Assembly: GCA_035567035.1 (NCBI GenBank)
Contig: DATMPO010000092.1
Span: forward strand, 15,168-79,167
DNA: 64,000 nucleotides
Direction: 5' to 3'
From: Verrucomicrobiia bacterium
GTDB taxonomy: Bacteria; Acidobacteriota; Terriglobia; Terriglobales; Acidobacteriaceae
Below, one piece after another: positions 27,939 through 37,483 of the stretch (position 1 is the stretch's first letter; every line of letters begins with the position of its first letter). Both the position numbers and the translations under genes were made by a program. The notes under the pieces are model-generated. The model had not been told where the DNA came from. It saw nothing but the letters and a program-made list of their open reading frames with translations, and did no database searches.

Positions 27939-28271
27939 ATGGACATTGCCGATTGGCGAAAGAAAATTGACGCAATCGATGGCCGTTTGGTGGAGCTGCT
28001 GAACGAGCGGGCCAAAGCGGCCCAGGAGATCGGCAAGCTGAAGCGGAACACCAATCTGGCGATTTACGAGCCGGACCGGGAACGGACCATTTATGAGAAC
28101 GTGCGGAGAATCAACGGGGGACCGCTGCCGGACAACGAGCTTCGGCACATCTATGAACGGATCATTGACGTGATGCGCAACCTCCAGAAGAACCAGGCGG
28201 TAGCGACAAGCCAGTCCGACGATGTCACCGCATCTGACAGGCCAGCATCTGATATGAAAGAGAAGAACTAA
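27939..28271 (+). CDS. Chorismate mutase (AroQ class)
   Basis: ATG 27939 gives MDIADWRKKIDAIDGRLVELLNERAKAAQEIGKLK, the canonical AroQ helix 1. The track ORF starts at an upstream TTG. Confidence 0.8.
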   Translation: MDIADWRKKIDAIDGRLVELLNERAKAAQEIGKLKRNTNLAIYEPDRERTIYENVRRINGGPLPDNELRHIYERIIDVMRNLQKNQAVATSQSDDVTASDRPASDMKEKN

Positions 28272-28276
28272 AGACC

Positions 28277-29296
28277 ATGATCGTAGCCATGCAAGAGCAA
28301 GCCAGCGAAGAACAGATCCAGAAGGTCATCGAACGTCTGACCAACCTCGGTTTTGAGGTGCACCGTTCGACGGGCGAACGCCAGACGGTGCTGGGAGCGG
28401 TGGGCGCGCGCCGCGAGTTCGACTCGCGCGACATTGAGATCCTGCCAGGCGTGGGTCAGGTGCATCGGATTAGTTCGCCCTACAAGCTGGTGGCGCGGAC
28501 GTTTCGTCCCGAGGGCACGGTGGTCCAGTTTTCCAACGGCGTGGCCATTGGAGGAGACGAAGTGGTCGTCATGGCCGGGCCGTGCTCCGTGGAATCGAAA
28601 GAGCAGATTCTTGCCGTAGCTGAATCGGTGGCCCGCTCCGGCGCGAAATTCCTTCGCGGCGGGGCGTTTAAGCCGCGTTCCTCGCCTTATTCGTTCCAGG
28701 GCATGGGGGAAGACGCGCTCAAGCTGATGCGGGAAGCCGCGGACAAGTTTGGGCTGCTGGTCATCAGCGAGGTCATGGAGATTTCGCAAATCCCTCTGAT
28801 GCTTCCTTACGTGGATATTTTTCAGATCGGCGCGCGCAACATGCAAAACTTCAATCTGCTGCGCGAACTGGGCAAGGTCCGTAAGCCCATGCTGCTCAAG
28901 CGCGGCATCGCGGCCACGATTGAGGAGCTTCTGCTTTCCGCCGAGTACCTGATGGCCGGCGGCAACTACGAAGTCATTCTCTGCGAGCGCGGTATTCGGA
29001 CTTTTGAGACCTACACGCGCAATACGATGGACATCTCCGCGATCCCGATCGTGAAGAAGCTCTCCCACCTGCCGATGCTGGGAGATCCTTCCCACGGAAC
29101 GGGACGGCGCGACAAAGTGTCGCCTATGGCGCGCGCGGCCATCGCCGCCGGCGCCGACGGCCTGCTGATTGAAGTGCACAACTGCCCGGACCAGGCGCTT
29201 TCCGATGGCGCGCAGTCTCTGTATCCTGAACAATTTGAGAAGCTGATGAGCGAACTGCGGTTGATAGCTACCGCGGTGGGGCGCAAACTGCCGTAA
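28277..29296 (+). CDS. 3-deoxy-7-phosphoheptulonate (DAHP) synthase, type I-beta with N-terminal ferredoxin-like regulatory domain
   Basis: 339 aa. GPCSVES, FKPRSSPYSFQG, DPSHG. N-terminal ~70 aa extra domain as in Thermotoga-type enzymes. Confidence 0.85.
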   Translation: MIVAMQEQASEEQIQKVIERLTNLGFEVHRSTGERQTVLGAVGARREFDSRDIEILPGVGQVHRISSPYKLVARTFRPEGTVVQFSNGVAIGGDEVVVMAGPCSVESKEQILAVAESVARSGAKFLRGGAFKPRSSPYSFQGMGEDALKLMREAADKFGLLVISEVMEISQIPLMLPYVDIFQIGARNMQNFNLLRELGKVRKPMLLKRGIAATIEELLLSAEYLMAGGNYEVILCERGIRTFETYTRNTMDISAIPIVKKLSHLPMLGDPSHGTGRRDKVSPMARAAIAAGADGLLIEVHNCPDQALSDGAQSLYPEQFEKLMSELRLIATAVGRKLP

Positions 29297-29322
29297 TTGG
29301 TTGACGGTCGCCGTCACGTTCT

Positions 29323-30720
29323 ATGCCTTTCCATCAAATCGCGATTATCGGTACAGGCCTGATCGGCGGATCGTTTGCCCTGGCGGTAAAGGCCTCGGGA
29401 TTCCAGGGACGCATTGTGGGTTGCGACCGGAAGCCCGTTCTCGATCGCGCTTTGACCATGGGCGTCATTGATGCGGGAATAACCGATCCCGCCCTTGCCG
29501 TGCGGGGCAGCGACCTGGTCCTGCTTTCCACTCCTGTCGGCGGGATCATTGACTTGATCGAACGCATCGGCCCGGTCGTTTCTCCTGAGACGCTGCTTAC
29601 CGACGTTGGCAGCACTAAAAAGGAAATCCTCAACCGGGCGCGCGCCGTTTTTGGCGGTCAGGTGGGACAGCGTTTTCTGGCCGGTCATCCCATGGCCGGC
29701 AAGGAACACGGCGGCGTGGAGAACGCTGAAGCGGCGATGCTGCACAACGCTGTCTGGTTCCTGGTCCCCCAACAGCCGGAAGATTTGGAGACACAAAAAG
29801 CCAAGGAGTACCGCGAGCTTCTGGAACACGCCGGATTGCGAATCATGGTCATGGACGCGGACCGGCACGACCGCCTGTGCGGCTGGACCAGCCATCTGCC
29901 GCAAATGGTTTCCACCGCGCTGGCGGGCATTTTGTCCGACGAATTCCACAGCGAACTTTCGGATGTGCATTCCATCGGCAGCCGTGGAATGAAGGAAATG
30001 ACCCGCACCGCATCCAGTCCTTATTCAATGTGGAGAGATGTGGCTCTTACCAACGCCCCGCATCTGGAGCGAGCTCTGAACGCACTGGAACAGCGCCTGG
30101 CGCACATTCGCGAGAATCTGCGTTCGCCGGAATTGCGGGATGAATTCGAACGCGCCAATCGCTTCGCCATGCGCAGGAGCGAACCCGCGGCCAGCGTGCT
30201 GGTGCTTCCGGGATGGACAAATTCCGGTCCGTTGCACTGGCAGAGCATCTGGGAGCAGGAGTTTCCGGCGTTCCGCCGCGTGCAACAGCGGGACTGGGAC
30301 GCTCCGCGGCGCGAAGATTGGGTCAAGAGGATCTCGGAAGAAGTTGGCATCGCTCGGGCGCCCATTGTTTTTGCGGCACATAGTCTGGGATGCATCGCCC
30401 TGGCGCATTGGGCCCTGACGGCGCCGGAGCTTGCCGGCAAAATCAAGGGGGCGCTTCTGGTGGCGCCGGCCGCCGCCGAACACCTGGCACCTCAGATCAA
30501 GGATTTCTGCCCTGTACCGTTGCGGGCATTGCCATTTCCGTCTGTCGTTGTCGCCAGCAGCGATGATCCATATATCTCTCTTGAGCGAGCGCGCGAATTT
30601 GCTCACGCCTGGGGCAGCACGTTTGAAGATATCGGTCCCGCAGGCCACGTCAATTCCGATTCCGGCCTGGGTGACTGGCCGGAAGGGAAGAGACTGCTGC
30701 GGAACCTGATGGAGGGTTGA
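29323..30720 (+). CDS. tyrA: Prephenate dehydrogenase fused to a C-terminal YdeN/RBBP9-type serine hydrolase domain
   Basis: N-terminal IAIIGTGLIGGSFA, GHPMAG, HDRLCGWTSHLPQ (TyrA, ~285 aa). C-terminal ~180 aa carries VLPGWTNSGPLHWQ, AHSLGC (nucleophile elbow), SSDDPY, GHVN. Confidence 0.75.
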   Translation: MPFHQIAIIGTGLIGGSFALAVKASGFQGRIVGCDRKPVLDRALTMGVIDAGITDPALAVRGSDLVLLSTPVGGIIDLIERIGPVVSPETLLTDVGSTKKEILNRARAVFGGQVGQRFLAGHPMAGKEHGGVENAEAAMLHNAVWFLVPQQPEDLETQKAKEYRELLEHAGLRIMVMDADRHDRLCGWTSHLPQMVSTALAGILSDEFHSELSDVHSIGSRGMKEMTRTASSPYSMWRDVALTNAPHLERALNALEQRLAHIRENLRSPELRDEFERANRFAMRRSEPAASVLVLPGWTNSGPLHWQSIWEQEFPAFRRVQQRDWDAPRREDWVKRISEEVGIARAPIVFAAHSLGCIALAHWALTAPELAGKIKGALLVAPAAAEHLAPQIKDFCPVPLRALPFPSVVVASSDDPYISLERAREFAHAWGSTFEDIGPAGHVNSDSGLGDWPEGKRLLRNLMEG

Positions 30721-30750
30721 GCGCAAGGTTCGTATTAGAATCAATTGCTT

Positions 30751-31446
30751 ATGCACAAAGTCATTGCCAGCGCTGATGAGGCGGTCCGCGACATTACGGA
30801 CGGTTGCACCGTGATGGTCGGCGGTTTCGGACTGTGCGGAGTTCCCCAGGACTTGATTGATGCCATGGTCCGCAAGGGAGTCCGGGACCTGACCACCGTC
30901 TCCAACAACGCCGGTGTGGACGAATATGGTTTGGGCAAGCTGCTGGCCAACGGACAGATCAAAAAGCACATTGGCTCGTATGTGGGCGAGAACAAGGTTT
31001 TCGAGCAGATGGTCCTGACCGGCAAGGTACAACTTGAGCTGAACCCGCAAGGTACTTTGTCCGAGCGTATCCGCGCCGGCGGCGCCGGTATCCCCGCTTT
31101 TTTCACCCCGACCGGAGTGGGCACAGTGGTGGCCGAAGGCAAAGAGATTCGCGAGTTTGACGGGCGGCCTTATGTCATGGAACGGGCGCTGCGAGCGGAC
31201 TTTGCGCTGGTGAAGGCCTGGAAAGCCGATCGCTGGGGCAATCTGGTTTTCCGCAAGACCGCGCGAAATTTTAATCCCATGATGGCGACCGCGGCCCGCG
31301 TCACGATTGTCGAGGCCGAACATATCGTTGAACCGGGAGAGATTGACCCGGACAACGTTCATCTGGCTGGCATTTATGTGCAGAGAATCATCCTGAGCAC
31401 GGCAGAAAAGCGGATCGAAAAACGCACATTGCGCAGGAAGGCCTAG
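30751..31446 (+). CDS. scoA: 3-oxoacid CoA-transferase subunit A
   Basis: [45 protein letters not shown]. Confidence 0.85.
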   Translation: MHKVIASADEAVRDITDGCTVMVGGFGLCGVPQDLIDAMVRKGVRDLTTVSNNAGVDEYGLGKLLANGQIKKHIGSYVGENKVFEQMVLTGKVQLELNPQGTLSERIRAGGAGIPAFFTPTGVGTVVAEGKEIREFDGRPYVMERALRADFALVKAWKADRWGNLVFRKTARNFNPMMATAARVTIVEAEHIVEPGEIDPDNVHLAGIYVQRIILSTAEKRIEKRTLRRKA

Positions 31447-31461
31447 GCAAGAGAAGAACCT

Positions 31462-32145
31462 ATGGCGACACCCACCACAGACAAACAAAAAGACGTTGAG
31501 AAGCGCGAACGTATCGTGAAGCGCATCGCTCGCGAACTGCAGGACGGCTTTTACGTGAACCTGGGGATCGGCATGCCGACTCTGGTATCGAACTACGTTC
31601 CCGCGGGCGTGGAAGTCATTCTGCAAAGCGAAAACGGAATGCTCGGGCTGGGGCCATTTCCCGTGGAGGGCGAAGAAGACCCGGACTTGATCAACGCCAG
31701 CAAGGAAACGGTCACGGAGATTTCCGGCACCGCATATTTCTCCAGTGCGGATTCCTTCGCCATGATCCGCGGAGGACACGTTGATCTGTGCGTGCTGGGC
31801 GCCATGGAAGTGGACGAAGAAGGCAATCTGGCCAATTGGATGATTCCCGGCAAGATGGTCAAAGGCATGGGCGGAGCCATGGACCTGGTCGCCGGAAGCA
31901 GGCGCACCGTGATCGCCATGGAACACACCACCAAAGACGGCCAGCCCAAGATTCTGAAGAAATGCACTTTGCCGCTCACCGGCATGAAAGTTGTCGACAC
32001 CATCGTCACCGAGATGGGATACATCAAGGTGACGCCGCAAGGCCTGGTTCTGGAAGAAGTCGCGCCTGGTCTCACCGCCGAAGACGTTCAGAAGGCGACC
32101 GGCGCGAAACTGATCGTCAGCCCGAACTTGAGACCCATGCACTAA
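31462..32145 (+). CDS. scoB: 3-oxoacid CoA-transferase subunit B
   Basis: LQSENGMLG (catalytic Glu), KGMGGAMDLV. Confidence 0.85.
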   Translation: MATPTTDKQKDVEKRERIVKRIARELQDGFYVNLGIGMPTLVSNYVPAGVEVILQSENGMLGLGPFPVEGEEDPDLINASKETVTEISGTAYFSSADSFAMIRGGHVDLCVLGAMEVDEEGNLANWMIPGKMVKGMGGAMDLVAGSRRTVIAMEHTTKDGQPKILKKCTLPLTGMKVVDTIVTEMGYIKVTPQGLVLEEVAPGLTAEDVQKATGAKLIVSPNLRPMH

Positions 32146-32165
32146 AGACTCAGAGTACATACCGG

Positions 32166-32762
32166 CTATTTGCGACGGACTAATAAGCCTGGAGGCAAAG
32201 CGAAGAAAATCGCGATTCCAATGCTCAGAGCCAGGCTTGCTTTCACACTCACCCATGCCAAGGCGAGGCAGATCAGATAAACGATCGGCCCAAAGGCATA
32301 CTGTCTGGACATGCTGGCCGCCGAGCGAAGCGCACTCGGATCGATGAGCCGCCGGGCCACAGCGTACCGCCACAGGATGTTGAACATAATCCCTATGATG
32401 ACGAACGTGGCGTTGTACAGGACGGCTGCTGTTTTTTCCTCCGGACCACCCAGGTGTACCGCGAGGACCGCCGTGGGAAAAGGCACAACCGTCACGCCCA
32501 GCAGCAACAGAAGATTCAGGACCAGCAAGGTGTCATTGGTCCGTTTGATGAGCGTGAACATGCGGTGATGGCTCATCCACATGATGCCGATAAAAGCGAA
32601 ACTCAGCAGGAATCCCACATAGGAAGGCCACTGGCGCAACAAAGCGGCGCCGAGACCTCCTTGTGGTGAAGCCGGCACCTTGACCTCCAGAATCAAGAGC
32701 GTGATGGCAATGGCGAACACACCATCGGAGAATGCCTCGATCCGCGATGTCTCTGACTGCAT
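32166..32762 (-). CDS. TMEM175-family (DUF1211) potassium channel
   Basis: 198 aa. RIEAFSDGVFAIAITLLILE signature and six predicted TM helices. Confidence 0.75.
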   Translation of the reverse strand: MQSETSRIEAFSDGVFAIAITLLILEVKVPASPQGGLGAALLRQWPSYVGFLLSFAFIGIMWMSHHRMFTLIKRTNDTLLVLNLLLLLGVTVVPFPTAVLAVHLGGPEEKTAAVLYNATFVIIGIMFNILWRYAVARRLIDPSALRSAASMSRQYAFGPIVYLICLALAWVSVKASLALSIGIAIFFALPPGLLVRRK

Positions 32763-32831
32763 TCGACCTCCGCTCGCAGCAACGTATTAGAATACAGACT
32801 CTATATCTCTCAATCAGGAGCAACCAGACCA

Positions 32832-33257
32832 ATGCAACGCAACGCAAGCGCACACTGGAGTGGCGGGCTGAAGGACGGCAAAGGAACGCTGACCTCTGGC
32901 AGTGGCGTTCTCAAGCAGACACCCTATTCCTTCAGCACACGTTTTGAATCGCAACCGGGCACGAATCCGGAAGAGCTGATCGCCGCGGCGCACGCCGGAT
33001 GCTTCACCATGGCGCTCTCCGCGCAGCTCGGAAACGCCGGCATGACCGCGCAGGCGATTGACACCACCGCGACCGTGACCCTGGAGAAACTCGACGCGGG
33101 ATTTACGGTGACCGCTGTCCACCTGCAAGTCACGGCCAGGATTCCCGGCGCCGACTCGGGCAAGTTCGCTGACGCGGCGAAGAATGCGAAGGAAGGCTGT
33201 CCCATTTCCCGTCTGCTCAAGGCCAACATCACCATGGACGCCAAGCTGGAAGCCTGA
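32832..33257 (+). CDS. OsmC-family peroxiredoxin
   Basis: 141 aa. AHWSGGLKDGKGT, NPEELIAAAHAGCF, AKEGCPIS (the two conserved Cys). Confidence 0.85.
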   Translation: MQRNASAHWSGGLKDGKGTLTSGSGVLKQTPYSFSTRFESQPGTNPEELIAAAHAGCFTMALSAQLGNAGMTAQAIDTTATVTLEKLDAGFTVTAVHLQVTARIPGADSGKFADAAKNAKEGCPISRLLKANITMDAKLEA

Positions 33258-33266
33258 GCCACGAAG

Positions 33267-33962
33267 TTGAAAACACTTGAGCCGGGAACCCTCGCGCAGC
33301 TCAACCGGGAGATCATTGCGTGTACGCGGTGCCCGCGGCTCATCTCGTACTGCCGCAAGATTGGCCGCGAGAAACGCCGCGCGTTTCTCGACTGGGACTA
33401 CTGGGCCAAACCAGTCCCGGGCTTCGGAGATCCCAACGCGCGAGTGCTGATTCTCGGCCTGGCGCCGGGAGCGCATGGCTCGAACCGCACGGGCCGTCCA
33501 TTTACCGGCGATGGTTCCGGATATTTCATGTATCCGGTGTTGCACAAGGCAGGGTTCGCTTCGCAACCCAGCGCGACGCACCGCGATGATGGCCTGGTCC
33601 TCAAGGACGCTTACATCACCGCCGCCGTTCGTTGTGCTCCGCCGCTGAATAAACCCACACCTGCCGAGATTACCAACTGTTCGCAACATCTTGATCGTGA
33701 ACTGGCCTTGCTGAAAAACGCCAAAGTGATTGTGGTTTTAGGAAGAATTGGCTTTGATGCTTACCTGAACCACCTGAAAAGGACCGGCGTGATTACGTCC
33801 AAAGCCGGCTTCACCTTTGGCCACAACGTGCACCATCCCTTGCCAAACGGACGGACCTTGCTCTGCTCTTACCATCCGTCCATGCAGAACACCAACACCG
33901 GCAGACTGACGGAGAAGATGTTCCTGGATGTTTTCAAGAAGACCCGAAAGCTTCTGGGATAG
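33267..33962 (+). CDS. Uracil-DNA glycosylase superfamily protein, family-5 (UdgB)-like
   Basis: TTG start. CTRCPRL, GLAPGAHGSNRTGRPFTGD, YHPSMQN. Confidence 0.7.
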   Translation: MKTLEPGTLAQLNREIIACTRCPRLISYCRKIGREKRRAFLDWDYWAKPVPGFGDPNARVLILGLAPGAHGSNRTGRPFTGDGSGYFMYPVLHKAGFASQPSATHRDDGLVLKDAYITAAVRCAPPLNKPTPAEITNCSQHLDRELALLKNAKVIVVLGRIGFDAYLNHLKRTGVITSKAGFTFGHNVHHPLPNGRTLLCSYHPSMQNTNTGRLTEKMFLDVFKKTRKLLG

Positions 33963-35561
33963 AAAACCTGCGGGTCTTTGCGGATATCTGAGGCGCAGCA
34001 ACGATTCCACCGGTCGCGCCGCGTCCGGCTGCATCTCCACAATTGCCACCCATTCCTCTTTGCTTCTGGCCAGAAAAACAATCCTTCCGCCGAGCAGTTC
34101 CGCCGCCAGGTCCGGCTGCAAGTCGGTGTGGTCATCAAAGAAGCGTTTGTTCATTCTGTCCCAATACTGGGAATGGAACCATCCGCTGCTCTCATACTTG
34201 GTGGAGAAGAGATACGCCACCTGGTACTGCCCCCGCACCTTGCGGGCGCCGGCCAATTCTTCCAAAGTAAAATTCCTGACCGGCACAATCTGATACGGCC
34301 TGGACACGTAGCCCAGGTATGGGCGGAAGAGTTCGTCGGTTGCCGGCCATGCGGTGAGAACGGTCGCGCCCGGTTCATGCTGCTCGAGGAACTGTGCCGC
34401 TCGAACGTGCAGCTCGACGTAATCCTTGTATGTCAGGTTGTCTTCCGGAGCGAACTTGTAAGGCGGGTCGAAGAACAACGCCAGCACAAAAAAGATGACC
34501 ATCAGCGCGGCCGGCCATTCCCAGCGCAAGATGCGCCGGTACAGCGTCGACATACCGATGATGATGACCAGAGGATACGCCGGCAGCAGATAGCGAGTCA
34601 GTTCGGCGCCGCCGACCAGCGAGAACGTCACAATGTGCGCCAGCATGATCAGCGCGAATTGCAGCTGCACTGGAATGGCGATCCGCTGACGCGCGCCCGC
34701 CTCGTCGACTACCGGTTGAAACAACATGGCCACTGCTGTGGCTCCGGTCAACGGCAGCATGTTCATGATGCCCAACAGGTGCCACGTTCTCAGGACAAGG
34801 GCCAGCACGAAGCGCAGCGGATGAAGCGTGCCCGCAACGTTGTACTTGATGGCTGCCGCATCGCCGAAAAGATAGCCGGTTGCGTAATAGTGAAAAGCCA
34901 GCCAGCAAGCCAGAGGCAGCGCGGGAACAAGCCGGGTTGCCGATTGCTTCACCCATCTGGCGCCGGAGTCGTCCGGGTCCTTCGCGCAGAAGATTTCCCA
35001 AAGAGCCAATGCTCCCGGAATGATGATCGCGGTTTCCTTGCTCAACACCGCGAAAGAGAATGCCAGCTGACTCCACCACAGATGCCGTTCGATTCCCAGC
35101 CGAATGCCCCACAGAGCGAAGGCCGCGGCAGCAATGTCCGCGTGGGCCAGCGAGCTCTGGACGAAAAATACTGGATACACCGCGGTCGCCACTGTCGAGG
35201 CGACTGCCACTCCCGTGTTGGCAATGCGGCGGGCGAGGAGAAAGACGTTCGTCAACGCAAACGCCGCGAGCAACAACATGGCGATGCGCGCGGCCATCGG
35301 CTTCCATCCGGTAACGCTCAGCCAGAGCGCCAGATACGCGGTGGATAGCGGAGGATGCCCCGCGTCCATGGTGGTCCGCGGAATGACGCTATGGTATTGC
35401 GCCAGGTCGTGTGCCGCGGGAACGTAGTAGCCGGCTTCGTCCCAGAAAAACGGCAGGTCCAGCAGCGGTCCATGCAACAGCACGATCACGACGGAAATCA
35501 GCGCGAAAATGTGCAGCGAAGTAAGCTGCGGCCACCGGCGGACTGGGCCTGACTTTTTCAA
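33738..35561 (-). CDS. GT-C fold (family 39 / ArnT-like) membrane glycosyltransferase
   Basis: 607 aa with more than 10 TM helices. N-terminal LPFFWDEAGYYVPAA loop motif. The last ~75 codons are antisense to the UDG gene. Confidence 0.55.
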   Translation of the reverse strand: MKKSGPVRRWPQLTSLHIFALISVVIVLLHGPLLDLPFFWDEAGYYVPAAHDLAQYHSVIPRTTMDAGHPPLSTAYLALWLSVTGWKPMAARIAMLLLAAFALTNVFLLARRIANTGVAVASTVATAVYPVFFVQSSLAHADIAAAAFALWGIRLGIERHLWWSQLAFSFAVLSKETAIIIPGALALWEIFCAKDPDDSGARWVKQSATRLVPALPLACWLAFHYYATGYLFGDAAAIKYNVAGTLHPLRFVLALVLRTWHLLGIMNMLPLTGATAVAMLFQPVVDEAGARQRIAIPVQLQFALIMLAHIVTFSLVGGAELTRYLLPAYPLVIIIGMSTLYRRILRWEWPAALMVIFFVLALFFDPPYKFAPEDNLTYKDYVELHVRAAQFLEQHEPGATVLTAWPATDELFRPYLGYVSRPYQIVPVRNFTLEELAGARKVRGQYQVAYLFSTKYESSGWFHSQYWDRMNKRFFDDHTDLQPDLAAELLGGRIVFLARSKEEWVAIVEMQPDAARPVESLLRLRYPQRPAGFLSQKLSGLLENIQEHLLRQSAGVGVLHGRMVRAEQGPSVWQGMVHVVAKGEAGFGRNHAGPFQVVQVSIKANSS

Positions 35562-35654
35562 TTTCGATTACTCAGTGCTGCTTGTTGCAATGGGCAGAGC
35601 TGCCGTGGAAGCACGGCGCTTTTGCATCAACGACCTTTTCTTCGCTTTACTGCA

Positions 35655-35954
35655 TTAGTGGACTGGACCGTGGCCCTGGACAATGTTGGGATCGAGCTTG
35701 ATCTCGCCAAACGTCTTCTCGTACTGGATCACGTTCTGTTCCAGGATCGTCATCAGAGCTTTGGCCTGCTGCGGGCTGACGTAGATGCCCTGAAAATTCT
35801 CAACTTCCACTTCGGTGGCGCTCTGTTGCTGCACGCGCCCGAATATCAGCAGGAAGTCCCATACACTTACGCGGACTTGAACGGAGTTGGCGTAGCCTTC
35901 GCGGAAGTCGGCGGTGTTGGTCAGGCGAATATTGGGCTGTGTGGGATTCGACAT
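35655..35954 (-). CDS. DUF3467 domain-containing protein
   Basis: 99 aa. YANSVQVRVSVWDFLLIFG and VSPQQAKALMTILEQNVIQYEKTFGEI resemble the DUF3467 pattern. Confidence 0.6.
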   Translation of the reverse strand: MSNPTQPNIRLTNTADFREGYANSVQVRVSVWDFLLIFGRVQQQSATEVEVENFQGIYVSPQQAKALMTILEQNVIQYEKTFGEIKLDPNIVQGHGPVH

Positions 35955-36060
35955 TTGCTCTCTCTCCTAAGTAAATGATGAACATATCAGAAGAAGCCGA
36001 AGCGCGGATACAGCGCCGGACCAGGCGGCTCCCCGGTTCATCTATAATCTATGGTTTTGA

Positions 36061-37443
<1,383 letters not shown>

Positions 37444-37445
37444 AT

Positions 37446-37470
37446 CGAGACGGCGTCGAACGCCGTCTCG
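37446..37470. terminator. Bidirectional hairpin between convergent eno and Sortilin-like genes (REP-family variant)
   Basis: CGAGACGGCG-TCGAA-CGCCGTCTCG perfect 10-bp stem. Shares the GAGACG...CGTCTC core with the 22418/22542/51396 hairpins. No U-run. Confidence 0.5.
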
Positions 37471-37483
37471 CTGTGGTCAACTC

